Positions 26,801 to 38,389 of a stretch of 64,000 nucleotides of DNA are shown here, piece by piece. Below the pieces are notes generated by a model, which saw only the letters and a program-made list of their open reading frames with translations, had not been told where the DNA came from and searched no databases. The translations under genes and the position numbers were made by a program. The number at the start of each line of letters is the position of its first letter. Within the stretch, counting starts at the first letter, position 1. The DNA lies in contig JAYWIR010000056.1 of the NCBI GenBank assembly GCA_036172245.1, positions 124,001-188,000 on the forward strand. Reading direction: 5' to 3'. Origin of the DNA: Raillietiella orientalis. Taxonomy: Eukaryota.

Positions 26801-29800
26801 AGAATGATGGAATTTGCTGCTATCTTCATCAAGATTCACTTCCCTTTTCGGCTCATCTCTTCCTTCTTGGGAATTTCACTGGCTAGCTGTTTGACGTGTG
26901 AGAATCCGCTGTGAGCTCTGCTCGCCTTCGACCTGATGGTTCTGACCACTGTCATCTCCGTTTCAATAAAACGGGACGATGTTCTACGATGTTCCTGCCC
27001 AAAGAAGCAAACACTTTAAGAAATCGGATGCTTCTGTAGCATGTCAGTCGCAGCACAGGTAAGTTCAAGAATCTGCCGGATCGACTCGCCGGACCATTTT
27101 CAAAAATTAGATCCTGCAGGTCACGATGTCGCAATTTGTCCATTTGCGTATTTCTTCATGGATAGACCATCATTCTTCTACAATTCCTTTACGCCACACA
27201 GCGAACATGCGTTCTCCTGTTTCCGCTCTTCTATGTCTTATCTCTTCTATTCGGGTCACAGGTACTTCACTGCATTTAAGGGAGATCCGATTTTTGAATC
27301 TGTGATCAATGAATGGTTTCTTCGTTTCGAGAACTCCATGTGGTACTTTCACACATTTTCCAGCAGCAAGTTTTCTTGAACCAACATTTGAAACTGTTGA
27401 GCAAGCAGTTTTAGTTTCATTTTGTCGCAGCTGACGTAATATGGATAAGTAAGCATCAAAGACTTGCCGCGGGCTACAGTAATTTTTGCTCTGCTTTTTT
27501 GCAGGTTTATTCGTTTTGACGGAGGTGGCCCTCGCTGACAGCCGTGGTTTTTGACTTCGTCATGCGTTGACTGCTGTTCATCTTCTGTGTTCGAGGACCG
27601 TAAACAGGTGGACGATTTCGTGATCTTTCAGGAGGTACGTAATGCAAGTTCGTGCTCTACATCATCATAAAGTGCTAAAGGTCATCTGATTATGGAATAT
27701 CACTATCGCTGTCGCATCGATTGACCACAGGAGCATCATAAAATGGATCGTCATGATCTAAAACAGCGAAAAGAATCCTTCCAAAACCAAGAGTTATCTT
27801 AAGGTTTTAGAAGGAATATCGTAGTTGGAATATCGTATCCGATTCGGTCTCGTCTGTGCATTGCATGAGCAAAAGGACGAGAATTTTCGCTCCGTGACTG
27901 TCGCAGGCATAGTTTCATTTTCGAATGTCATCCCAAAGCGAAGACATTTGCTAAAGTCAATCAGGCATCGCAGCTCTAAGAAGAATATTCCTCCCCATAA
28001 TAATGATCGCTTTTTTTTCCTTACTGAAATCATTCCTTGCTACACAACCGCTGGAAAGTCAGATCTCGATACTAAGCACCTAGTAAACAACGTTCCTACA
28101 TTTGAAGATGTGTCTTAGTTTTGATAAGCTTACGTGGTGCTTAGATCTGCAAGCAGAATCAACGACCTTTCATCTTTGCTCTAGAGGTATCCTCCATGGT
28201 TTGGGTCATCAACTTGGCATTTCTCATCAGAATCAAAAAACCAACTTCCACCGGTACGGGCGATTCAGCAGGCCAAACGCTTAATGCTCGCCTAATATAA
28301 AGTGAGGGGCTTTGGGGGACCGTCCTTTGGATGTATAGAATTGCAAATTTGCGTTCTCACATGGCTCATTATTCGATGTTGTGGAGGTTCGCTTTACCCC
28401 GTCTTTTGTCGTGGATTAGTGGTCACTTTGATCTCGACGGAACTGCAAGCCCTGCGTTGCGCAATCTGAAGTTGACCTCCAAGATTCCAGCCTCATCCGC
28501 ATTGCATTCTCACCATTTTTGTTTTTTTTTTAACAGAGTTGGTGATCATAGATATTGCTTTTAACACGCCATGGTAGGCATCTTGGATTGGGAAAGCGTT
28601 TCTGAAACAAACAGACCGAAGAAACAGCTACGCATTAGTGCCTGTGAGCGTTTTTTTCCCCATTCAATTTTGGCCTCTTCAATGCGTTCCCACTCCTTTC
28701 TCTCTCGTGGAAGTGTAAAGTGGGGTGGAGGCTCTTTCACTAGGTGCCAGATATCTACTTTTTCGGTTTTAATGCTGGAACGGGAAGCTTAAATTATTCA
28801 TGGGCTGCGAAGTTTCATTCTTTCGTTCAGTCCTTTCAAAGCATTTCACAGAAGATGGATCTAAAAGAGACTGCTCTGGAACTCTGTGCTCTCACTGGCA
28901 ATTCGTGGCTTCCGTTCAACCAGATCACTTTCGTTCTTGGTATCAGCCGTTCCCGGCATGTCATGGATGCAACAGAAAACAGTACTGCCTGCAGCCATGT
29001 TTCAGCAGTGGGTATCCACTAAATTCGAAATGTCGGAGTTCATAAGCAACTTGAAAATCAGAGAGATTTTGAAGATGCTAACAACACACTCTTATAAGCT
29101 TCCTTGGCACGAAAATCAGGCTCAAGAGGACAAGAGGTGGAGCGACTGTCCACAGAGTCATTCTTGAAGGTGTTCTAAGATTCCCCCCCTCTGTCCAAGG
29201 ACACCCTTTCGTTCTGAAAACCCTAAAACTGCACTGAATTTCCTGCAAATGTCCTTTGCCGACGAGATCTTTTGCATCTACACGGGCGAACTTCAATCTT
29301 GACACAAGCAAGTACCATGCAGCAAAGTACTTGTCACTGGCTCCTGAAAGCAAAGTACTTTCTGATCTTCGCTTTGGATTTTCAGAAGATTTTGAGACTC
29401 CGTGCTTTTTCGGGGAAATTTCTGAAACAGGATGAAAGTTGCTTCTGCCTTCTTTCATACAGTCCACTTTAGTCTGTAATTCGATGAGAATACTAACGGT
29501 GATTCAGTAGTTATTAATATATTATGGTTATTGCATAGCTTTGTGAGTCCTCACAGACTTTGCCTTTGGCACTTCACTTTTCTTTGGGAAACCCTAAAGA
29601 AGGAGTCCAAACTCGTCTTTCATTTCAATTGATTCATTTATAGTTCTTATTCGTCTCAAGTGTTATATAAGATGTATTTCATGAACGAAGTTTCCAATTA
29701 ACTGCACTCTACAAAAGATTTACTTCAATCATCACCAGAAATCTATAAATGTACTGTAAAAATGATAAAACGTTAAAAGCTTGGTTCAAGCTGCCGCAGC

Positions 29801-32370
29801 TCATCAGTTTCCAAAACTTTTACCTTCTGGGCTCAGCTCTGCAAGCCATCTTACGACTGCACTGCATTAACTCCACATCAATCTTCATATTATTTGCGTG
29901 ATGTTTTCCTTCTTAAGATGTGCGTGACGAGCGTTACATCTATACATACATGATCCATACAATGCCACGCTACGAAGCAGGATTAGAAAGAGGAAAAAAG
30001 GAATGTTAGAAAAGGAGATGTCATCTGAAGACAAAAAGAGGATCAGATTTCAAGATCGGAGATTCAGAGAGGTCAGCCGGTGGGAGTAAAGTCGACAGCA
30101 AGTCACAAAACCCAGCCATAAAGATCGGGGAGATGGAGCACCCGCGAAGCTTTTAGTTGTCGGATCGAAAAGGTGACTATTGTGGTCAAGGAGTTTCTGA
30201 TTCACAAATATACCGCAAGCCAAAAAAAAAAAAAAAAAGAAAGAAAGAAAACGGAAAAGAATGCAAAGTGCACAGAGGTGAAAACGCAAATGACATCGTT
30301 CGAGATCCTCATTTTCGGAGGAAACTCCCATTCTCGATGATTGGGGTGAGAGCAAGGAGGAAAAAAGTTCTGTGCCTCGGGTGATCTCCATAAGAATCAC
30401 AAGAAGCAATGTGCAAGAGAAGATCCATTCGAGGAGCACAACTGCTGCAGCGCATCCACCCATCCTAGAGGAGAGTTGTACATGCGAGTCGAGGTTTCTA
30501 GGCGGACGAGACGTGGACGCTTCTTGCCTCAATTCTGAGGTAGCGTCCGTGTGGGGACAGCAGAAAACCGGGATCCGAGCCCGTAGGAAAAGCTTCGAAG
30601 ATGCTGCTCAGGGTGAACTCGGAATTTCACCATGGGGATGACTCAGGATGCTGGCCAAGCTTGTCGCTGAAATGAAGAGTTGAAATGCTTTTCCAGTTCG
30701 ATCGAAAGCAGAAGAGAGAAGGAAGACGCATATCCAGGACACGAGGACGCTCTCTCCTTATTTTCCGCTCCAGATACAGACTGATTATAATGAGAAGTCG
30801 CAAGAAAGGAAGGTTCGGGAGAATTCCGAGCAGCTTCATGAGGATGCCGAGGAATAAGGCCGAGGAAAAAAGTGAAGCCCCTAAAACAGGAAGCATCCAG
30901 CTCTCGGAGTGTGCAGGGATGCCTCCATCGTCGGGACCACAGAGGGAGACAGCATGCAAACGAATTCATGGTAGATTCTTCAAGGTGTCATCTGACACCC
31001 TCAACCTCACCAATTTCGTTTCCTATTTGTTTCCTTGGAGACAGGGCCGAAGCAAGGTGATGTCGTCGAGCTCATCAAAGGAAGAAGGAAAGAATTTTCG
31101 GACGAGGAGGATCGCATTTTTCAAGCGATTAGTAAGTAGGAAAAGACAGCAGCTTTACAATTCTGTTCGGAAGGAGGGTAGAAAGCGGGATTTCAACTAA
31201 TGGGGATCGATCGTTGGGCCCAGGGAAAGCGGCAGGCAACCGAAGGGATGCTTTCCCAGGGAGCAACTGAGCAATTCCGAAAATGAAAGCGAATGGATGA
31301 GGTGCCTAGTCGGAAACTTTAGAGTGTTTAGGAGATCAATAAACCATGAGCTCTTCGTCCTGAGTGCAGGGACGTTTGCATCCCATTAGTTCTCAGATTG
31401 TCTCCGATGAGCTGTCTCTGATGAGAAACCGAAAAGATGAGAAACCAAAAAAAGAAAAATACGAAAAACAAACAAACAGGCAAATAAGGAAGGTTTCTAA
31501 ACGAGGTTTCATCCACTTGGTTCGGCGTAAGACGTCTGCTTCAGGAGCGATTCGAAGTCCTGCGTTCGCTGAGGAAGAAGGAAAGTGGGGCGAATACGCA
31601 CCGCTAAAAGGACGCTGGCGAAACAAGATCTGGTGCCGGGGAACCTTTCATCTCCTGTTTGTTTTCCTAATTCCTCTCAGAGAAGAGCGCTGCTCTTACG
31701 GAAGAAGAGCACCTCGACGATTACAGAGTCCCATTTCCTTGCCATGAAAAAGTGCGCCTTGTCGGCCTATTGAATAATAGATAAATAAATAAATAGTGCA
31801 TCCATTGCCATCATTTATGGTTAATGTTCTGCCCCGAAGGGGGGAGTCCTTTCCTGGAGGATGCTGGAGGCATTCAGGATTCGCACAAGCCAGCTAATGC
31901 AGTTCACCTTTGTTTTTCGTGTTTCGAACCAAGAAGAAGACTGCAGGGAAGAGAATAAAAGCTGATTCTGTAAACCAAAGAAAGGAGCTACTAAGAACTG
32001 CTTGGTGGGGAACTTCGCAATGAAGGGTCTCTCGCGTGCTCTTTGGAAACCACCCGTCAGGTGGATGATTCGGAAATGGTCGAAAAACAACGTCAGGGAT
32101 CAAGGATGGATTCCAAGCCAAAATGTGCTGTTTGCGAGCAAGATGACAACGCAACTGACGGGACATTCGTAGAAGTGATCCATGGGAACCGTGAAAGGCA
32201 AATCAGAAGAGGTTCGCTGGCAATCGAAGAGCGATTACGCAGCCTCCATCATCTCCTCCCAGATACTCGAGAACTCGTTAGCATCAGGAAGATCTTCCAA
32301 TCCATTTTCGATGAAGGTTGCATCATCAGTTCCCGAAATCGTCGAGAAAAAAAAAAAAAAAAAAATGAAA

Positions 32371-32650
32371 CCCGCGTTGGCTGCCGGGTGGCTGCGGTCT
32401 GCTAGCGTGGTAACAAGCATTGTGGGTTCGAATCCTCACGTGAAGGATTGGCGTCGAGAATGGGGTGTGTGTCGTGAGTTTCGAGTCCCCATGGCAAGAT
32501 GACGCTGGATGGCCCCATTCGGGTGCGGCGGCACTGATGGAAGTAGGAATCTCCCGGATGTCTCCGCTGACTAGTCAGAAATGGAAGTGGACCCTCCGGG
32601 GTCCTTCCAGGAATCAAGGAACCGGTTCCCTTCCGGGTTCCCCTCTGGTC
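32371..32650 (+). mobile_element. tRNA-headed retroposon, 5' fragment
   Basis: cccgcgttggctgccgggtggct...GGTTCGAATCC (32425-32435), then gagaatgggg...tttcgagtcccc and tggaagtggaccctccgg shared with other copies. Confidence 0.75.
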
Positions 32651-34194
32651 GCCTCAATTCGCGATCTCCTTAAAGGAGATCGGGAAGGAAATTAGAAAGC
32701 AGCCTTTCTTTAAAAGTAAAAGCTGTGACCACGGTCTTACGAAAAGTGGGGTTCAGCCTAACTGAAAATACAGGGAGCTGCAATTTGCTCCGCTCGCAAG
32801 ACCGCCCTGCATTTCGTTCGTTGGCATGCCGAGAGCAGGGGTGCATCCGGGGAGGAAGGCACCTCCGCCGTCGGTGCTTTCCTACACCGTTAGTCGCACG
32901 GAGGCTGCAAAGGTTCTCTGCAACAGATTCAGGTGAGACGCAGGACGCCTGCATCATTAATCGTGGGCTGTTATCGCGCAGCGAAATCCCCAAAGGATTA
33001 CCGCGTACGGACCGGGTGCGAGATGAAGTCATCTCTCCGTTGACAGTGGTTCGCATAGGAGCTACAGGAGGTGAGCCAAATTTACGGCTCCGAGCATTCT
33101 GGCCCGCGAGCGCGAGGGGCGTTCTGCAACTTCATCGGAACTCGAGGGAAGAGAGGAAGCGACACGTGTTGAACACGGGGTCGGATCCGCGCGGGGAAGG
33201 TCACGTGGAAGCATCCACTCCTCGTAGCAGCAGCGGCGACACGCGCGAGAGCGCAAGGAATCAAATCCCACGAACACAAAGAGCAATTTCCAATTTTCCT
33301 GAGTCGCAGCTAGTCGGGCCAAGCGGCCGGCTCCCCCCCCTTCGTAGGGATGATTCACGTGGACAGGGTCGTTACTTTTGTTTCGGCATGTTGTGGAGTC
33401 ATAAAAAGGGGTAAGACCTTTTCAGTAAGAAGCAAGGACAAGCGTGATGGTGGCTCTTCCTCTGTTTCCTTCTTTCTTTCCCTGGAAAAGCGAAAGAAAA
33501 ATACATACTCCGGCTCTATAATTTTTTCTGTGGGAAATTAGGATAATCACCCATGTACCTGAGATCGGTCCGTCTGTAGGTGGCGCAGAGAGACGGAAGC
33601 CCCCCTCCCCCACCTCCCACCGTCTGGAGTTCGGTGTTGGCGGAAGAAGGCTGCAAAGTGGAAATTCCCTACCATTCTTTCTGCAGCTCCCTCATGGATT
33701 CGGAGAGATGCGAACTTCGATGGGAAGGGTAAAGTAGGTCTCATCCTTCCTTTTCCCGCCGTTTACACCCAAGTTTTCCTGCTCCACAAGACGGTCGGTC
33801 CCCCGATCTGCAAACCTCTTCCTGTGGGGAGGTGCCGAATCGCCAACCAGCCAGAATCGCGGACAGGAAATTCCCGTTCATGAAAGGGTGCTGTGGTTTG
33901 CTTGAAGGAGGGATGTCCCTCAGACCATGGAAAAAACAGCATCTTCGGTTGGGCCAACAGGAACTATTCCGGAAACTGAGATTGAAATTCGGAATAGAGG
34001 TTGGATTCACTGTGAGCGTTCTACTCATCTGACCATTGGCGATGGGTCTGAGGCCCCTTCTTTGCATATGACGTGTTTAGATCAGACAAGAGTGCCACCT
34101 GAACACGTCTTCCTTCCATTTTGAAGCAATTACTCATGACTTCCTGCCGTCTGGTGTGTGTTCCGTGCTGCAGGACTCTCAGCCGGTTATTCCG

Positions 34195-35700
34195 GGACCT
34201 TTATTACGTCAAGTATAAAAATACATTTTTGTGGTAGAACCGTTGGTTCTACCACGCTCAATGAACCTGCCGAAGAGCGGTGAACAGACCGGCGAGGTCT
34301 GCTTCGTAAGCGTGGGGGAAGGGAAAACAAAAAGAAATAAAAAATAAACACTAAAAAACAGGGGAGGGGAAATTATACACGGGGAAGAAGGGGACCGAGG
34401 AAGGGATGACGGTATGCTTGCTGCCAGGCGTGCTCTGCATCCTGTTCAGGATGCTGGCAAGTTCTGTCCGGATAGTGCCGAGGTGGAGCCATCTCGAGGC
34501 GGTCCTCAGGAAGATCCGCGTCCACTGGGTGGCGTCCTTGCCATTCTGGTCCCTTATTTCCGCGTTCCAGGCCGCCGCGATCCCGCGGATACAGCAGAGT
34601 ACCGCGAGGGACGCAGCTGGCGGCAAAGCGGCACGCGCGAAGAGGCGTTTCCAAATGTCCCTGGAACCGCCCTCCGGGATCCCTAGGATCGTCGCGAGGC
34701 GATTCCAAAGGGGTCGGAGGGTATCACAGCCCAACAGCAGGTGCGGGAGGGTCTCCTTCTTCCCAAACCTGTCACTATGAGCGTCCACGTTCCTCTGTAT
34801 CCAGTGGTGAAGGAGTGCTTTGCATAGGGGTCCCCCATGCAATGGATGGTGGAAATCCTCTTGGGTTCTGTTTTCTCTGCTTTCCTTCCACTTTTTTTCT
34901 CTTCTGCTTCTTTTTTTCCTGGTTCTCCAAGTTTTGAAGAAGCGTTCGCCTCCTAGGAGAAGAAGGGCTCACAAATCTCTTTAACGCTGTCCAGGCCACC
35001 CGGAGGTGCATGCAACTCCCTCACGTTAGGGATCTCCACGTTAGGGACACCATCCTATGAATCCAGGAAGGTTCCGGAAGAAGGAATCCGTTCCTCTTAC
35101 TTGTGATAGGAAACCCCGAAGGGAACTCTCTCCCTGGTTTTACTCCGGAGGGACTCCACGGAAGGGGTCATTCCTGGTTTCTATTCCGAAGCGAACTCGG
35201 AAAGGATCCTCTTTTGGAATTTCTCCTCTGGAAGAAACCCGCAAGGGAACGGTTCCTTGTTCGCTCCTCCTCTGAAGAGAACTTCGTGGAGACGCTTCCG
35301 AATTTCTCTGAAGGGTGCTCCTCGAAGGGAGCAGAGCGCTGATGTAACACTCCGGAGAAAATTCCCCGAAGGGGCATCGACCAGCTCTGTGTTACGGGAT
35401 GTAGGGTTCCACCCACCCCAATGGTGGGGATGGGACAACCGGAGGGAAACCCCGAGGGGCTCCTTGCTTCCTGGCAAAACTCCGGAGGGTCCACTTCCAA
35501 TCCCGGTAAGCCAACTAGGACGTCCGGTTTACGGCTTCCACCAGTGCCGTGTACAAAGCCTACAGGACAACGAGAGCCATCCTGCGGGGGGAGGGGACTC
35601 GAAACCCACGACGCACCCCCATTCTGGCGTCGATCCTCCTCCACGTGGGGACGTTTGGTACCATGAGCGAAAACTGCAGCCACATGGCCGCCAACGGGGA
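34195..35700 (-). mobile_element. Most complete copy of a composite non-autonomous retroposon: tRNA-like head + decayed L1/Tx1-like ORF2 3' part + 3' UTR + AATAAA
   Basis: Minus-strand head ccccgttggcggccatgtggct...tggtaccaa (B box deleted here) aligns with heads at 32371, 37532 and 61279; body aligns with 37640-38292; carries a zf-RVT-like remnant; ends in a T-rich UTR, hairpins and AATAAA (34200-34205). Confidence 0.75.
34351..34842 (-). pseudogene. Remnant C-terminus of a non-LTR retrotransposon ORF2 (zf-RVT/CCHC zinc knuckle, L1/Tx1-like)
   Basis: ORF contains HSDRFGKKETLPHLLLGCDTLRPLWNRL, matching C-x2-C-x3-ET-x2-H-L-L-x2-C-x6-W with the first two Cys degenerate. No RT domain upstream. 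Confidence 0.7.
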
Positions 35701-37531
35701 CCAAAAAAGGAGAGCAACGGTTGGATGCAAGAAAAGAAAAGAGCAACAAATAAATAGAGTAGTGAAGAAAGAAAACATAGAAAATTGTGAGCAGCTGCTG
35801 GGAAGACTCAGCGGAAGCACCCTCCAGATGAGTTCACTCCAGTCCTACAACATCAGAGTCTTCCCGCAATGTGAGCGATGTCTTCCTCGCCTTCCCTGTC
35901 TTTGGCGTCGAGGTGGGACCAGTTGCTAGAACGTCGCACCATGGTGAGCCTTCCTAACTCACTGACGCCTTGTACCATCTTAGTCTGGCTAGATCGGTGC
36001 CATCAACGCAGCACAACGTCATGACTTCCGCGACCGTGGATGGCTCTGGGGAAAAGAGCGAGCACCTTATCAAGTCCCGTGGGGTGCAAGAGGTAACAAC
36101 CAGCTTCTCCTACCCTAGCAGGAGGACACCACAATCCCACTAATAGATGTGGAATACTCTCCGTCCTCCTACATCTTATAAAGTCCGGGGATGCATTCCC
36201 CCTGGTAGTTCTCTTGCGGCTCCGATTGGTATCGTAATCCGGCAGGGTGAGATCTCTATTTTGTCCACGGTTGGCTCTGCATTTGGCTTAATTTGCATTG
36301 TAAAAGCCAACCGTGGACAAAATAGAGATCTCATCATGCCAGTTGGCTGCTTCCATTAATTTCCCCTCAGAGTGGCTGCCTCTGAGGGCGTTGCAGGCTC
36401 ATGACTCCAGGAGAATAAGGCAGAGAATACCATAGAAACTTATCATCGGAAGACTCTTCGATCTGGGTCAACTTCGATCGCTGGCGGGGTTCCAAGCACC
36501 TCTTGCACGAGCATTTTGCTGTTTAGAACGACTCCGAGTGAACCGAATCCCAGGTCACATCTTTTCATTCTCGTGGATCTTCTGCTGTGAATTTTGTTCG
36601 CCGTTGGCTTGGGGTTCACCCCTGACCTGAAAAAAAATCAAGAGGAACAGCATCGAGTGGTAGAGGAGGAGGAGTCGACCCGGTCTTGGCCTTGCTGACG
36701 CCTGATCATCAAGAAACCCCAACGGTTTGAAAATCTTGTGGAAGGAGATGCTTTTCTCCCAAAACCGAAACCCGTCGGAGTCTTGGAGTCAATGAACCAA
36801 AAGGCATCCCGGAGCGAGCCACCGCTGTAATTGCCCGTTCCATAAAAAAAGAATGAACCCTCAATTCCACCCTGCATTCCACCTTCACCGCAGCTCCAAT
36901 TCTCAGCGTCTCTCTTCACTCCTGTGCCATGAGAGAGCATTCCCCGGACCCTGCAGCTCCAGACAAGTGAGAGATGCGTCAAGAAAGCCTCTGCTGCGAA
37001 GGTTCTGGAGATCCAGGAGGTCCTGGCAGCACCACGGGGGAATATTTGCTAGGAGGACATCTCTCGTCGTCGACAGAACTCTCTGGATTAGGAAGAGGGG
37101 CAAAATCGCTTGGGTCTTTCCTGTCAGCGCCTTCTTGAGTTCCAGATTTGGTGGGAATTCCACCTGCGCGTCCGTCTGAGCGTCTCGGGAATCTTTTAAT
37201 TCGGGAACGCAGTTCTTTGCATAAGTCGCAAGACCTGCGTTCCCGAACTCAAGAAGGCCCGTCCCGTTGTTTTGAAACCGACAGCTAGAAGTCAGGATGC
37301 TTCTCAGGGTTACTCCACGTGGATGCAGACGGACTAGATGTTCGGAGAGGATCTCAACCCTCATGGAACTCTTTGACTCGGTGCTATCCGCAGTCCTGCT
37401 CCCTTAAGAATGGCGAGTTGTGGAGCAACGTGAAAGGGATTAGGAGCTCGAAGATTGGAATTTTTTTCCCCGCCAGAAGACATGTGCGTCACATTTCTCT
37501 TATCCCCCCCCCTCTTCCGAGTAGAAACCTC

Positions 37532-38389
37532 GGACTGCGTTGGCGGACGCGTAGCTTCGGCATCCGCGTGTGTGGTGCCAAGCGTTGCGGGTTCGAATCC
37601 CCATATGGAAGGATCGCCGACGAGAATGAGGGGTGCGTCGTGGGTTTCGAGTTCCCTACCCCCCCCGCAGGATGGCACTGGTTGGTCTTTGAGTGCGGCA
37701 ATGATGGGAAATCGAATGCCCCCGTTGACAGGCCGGGACTGCAAGTTGACTATCCGGGGACCTTCCATGAATCGAGGAGCCCTTTGGGGATGCCCTCTGG
37801 TTGTGACAATGGAGCCGTTCCTCTCCTAGGGGGGACGTCTCCATTCTCCACTTATGTCTCCACGTACCATGGAGCTGGTTGGTACCCCTCTCGGGAGGTT
37901 GTCTCACCGGAGTGCTACAGCAGTGCTCTGCCCCTTCGAGGAGCGACCCTTCGAAGAAATTCGGAAGCGTCCCTCTGGGGTTCTCTTCAGAGGAGGAGGG
38001 AACAAGGAGCCGTTCCCTTGCGGGTTCTCCTCGGAGAGGAAATTCAGGAGCGGATCCTTTTCGGGGTCCCTCCAGAGAAAGCCAAGGAGAGAGTTCCCTT
38101 TGGGGTTCCCTCCCAAGCGTGAGGGGGACGGACTCCTTCCTCTGGAACCACTCCTGGATCCATAGGGTGGTCCCCTAACCATCCCGGAGCATCCCTCATA
38201 ACTTGAAGAGTTAGATGAGCCATCGGATGGCGTGGACAGTGCTAAAGAACTTCGTGATCCCCCCCTTCCCTAAGGAGGCGAACCCTTTTCGATCCACGCC
38301 AAAGTATGCGTTGAGCGTTGCCCAGGACTATGCTGCTCCAGAGAAAGATCTGCTTCCTGCTGATTCCAAGTTTATTGCAAGAGCGATGA
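37532..38389 (+). mobile_element. tRNA-headed retroposon copy (3' truncated)
   Basis: Head gcgttggcggacgcgtagc...tggtgccaagcgttgcgGGTTCGAATCC with a perfect B box at 37590-37600; body homologous to the 34195-35700 copy up to about 38292. Confidence 0.8.
37871..38389 (+). repeat. Direct repeat copy 1 (519 bp, partner 61572-62090)
   Basis: Ungapped alignment at offset 23701; about 11 substitutions counted by eye. Confidence 0.95.

Noticed and set aside
31405..31450. Minimal hammerhead-like CTGATGA-gaaacc-GAAA
   Set aside because: No pairing for stems I and III; explained by a degenerate local tandem repeat (gatgagaaacc).
34222..34256. U1/Sm-site-like ATTTTTGTGGTAG followed by a hairpin
   Set aside because: No upstream snRNA sequence; better explained as the opposite-strand 3' UTR of the retroposon.
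37532..37610. Possible tRNA genes at GGTTCGAATCC sites (also 32425, 61334, about 16020)
   Set aside because: No complete cloverleaf or T-run terminator; each continues into shared repeat sequence, so these are SINE heads.
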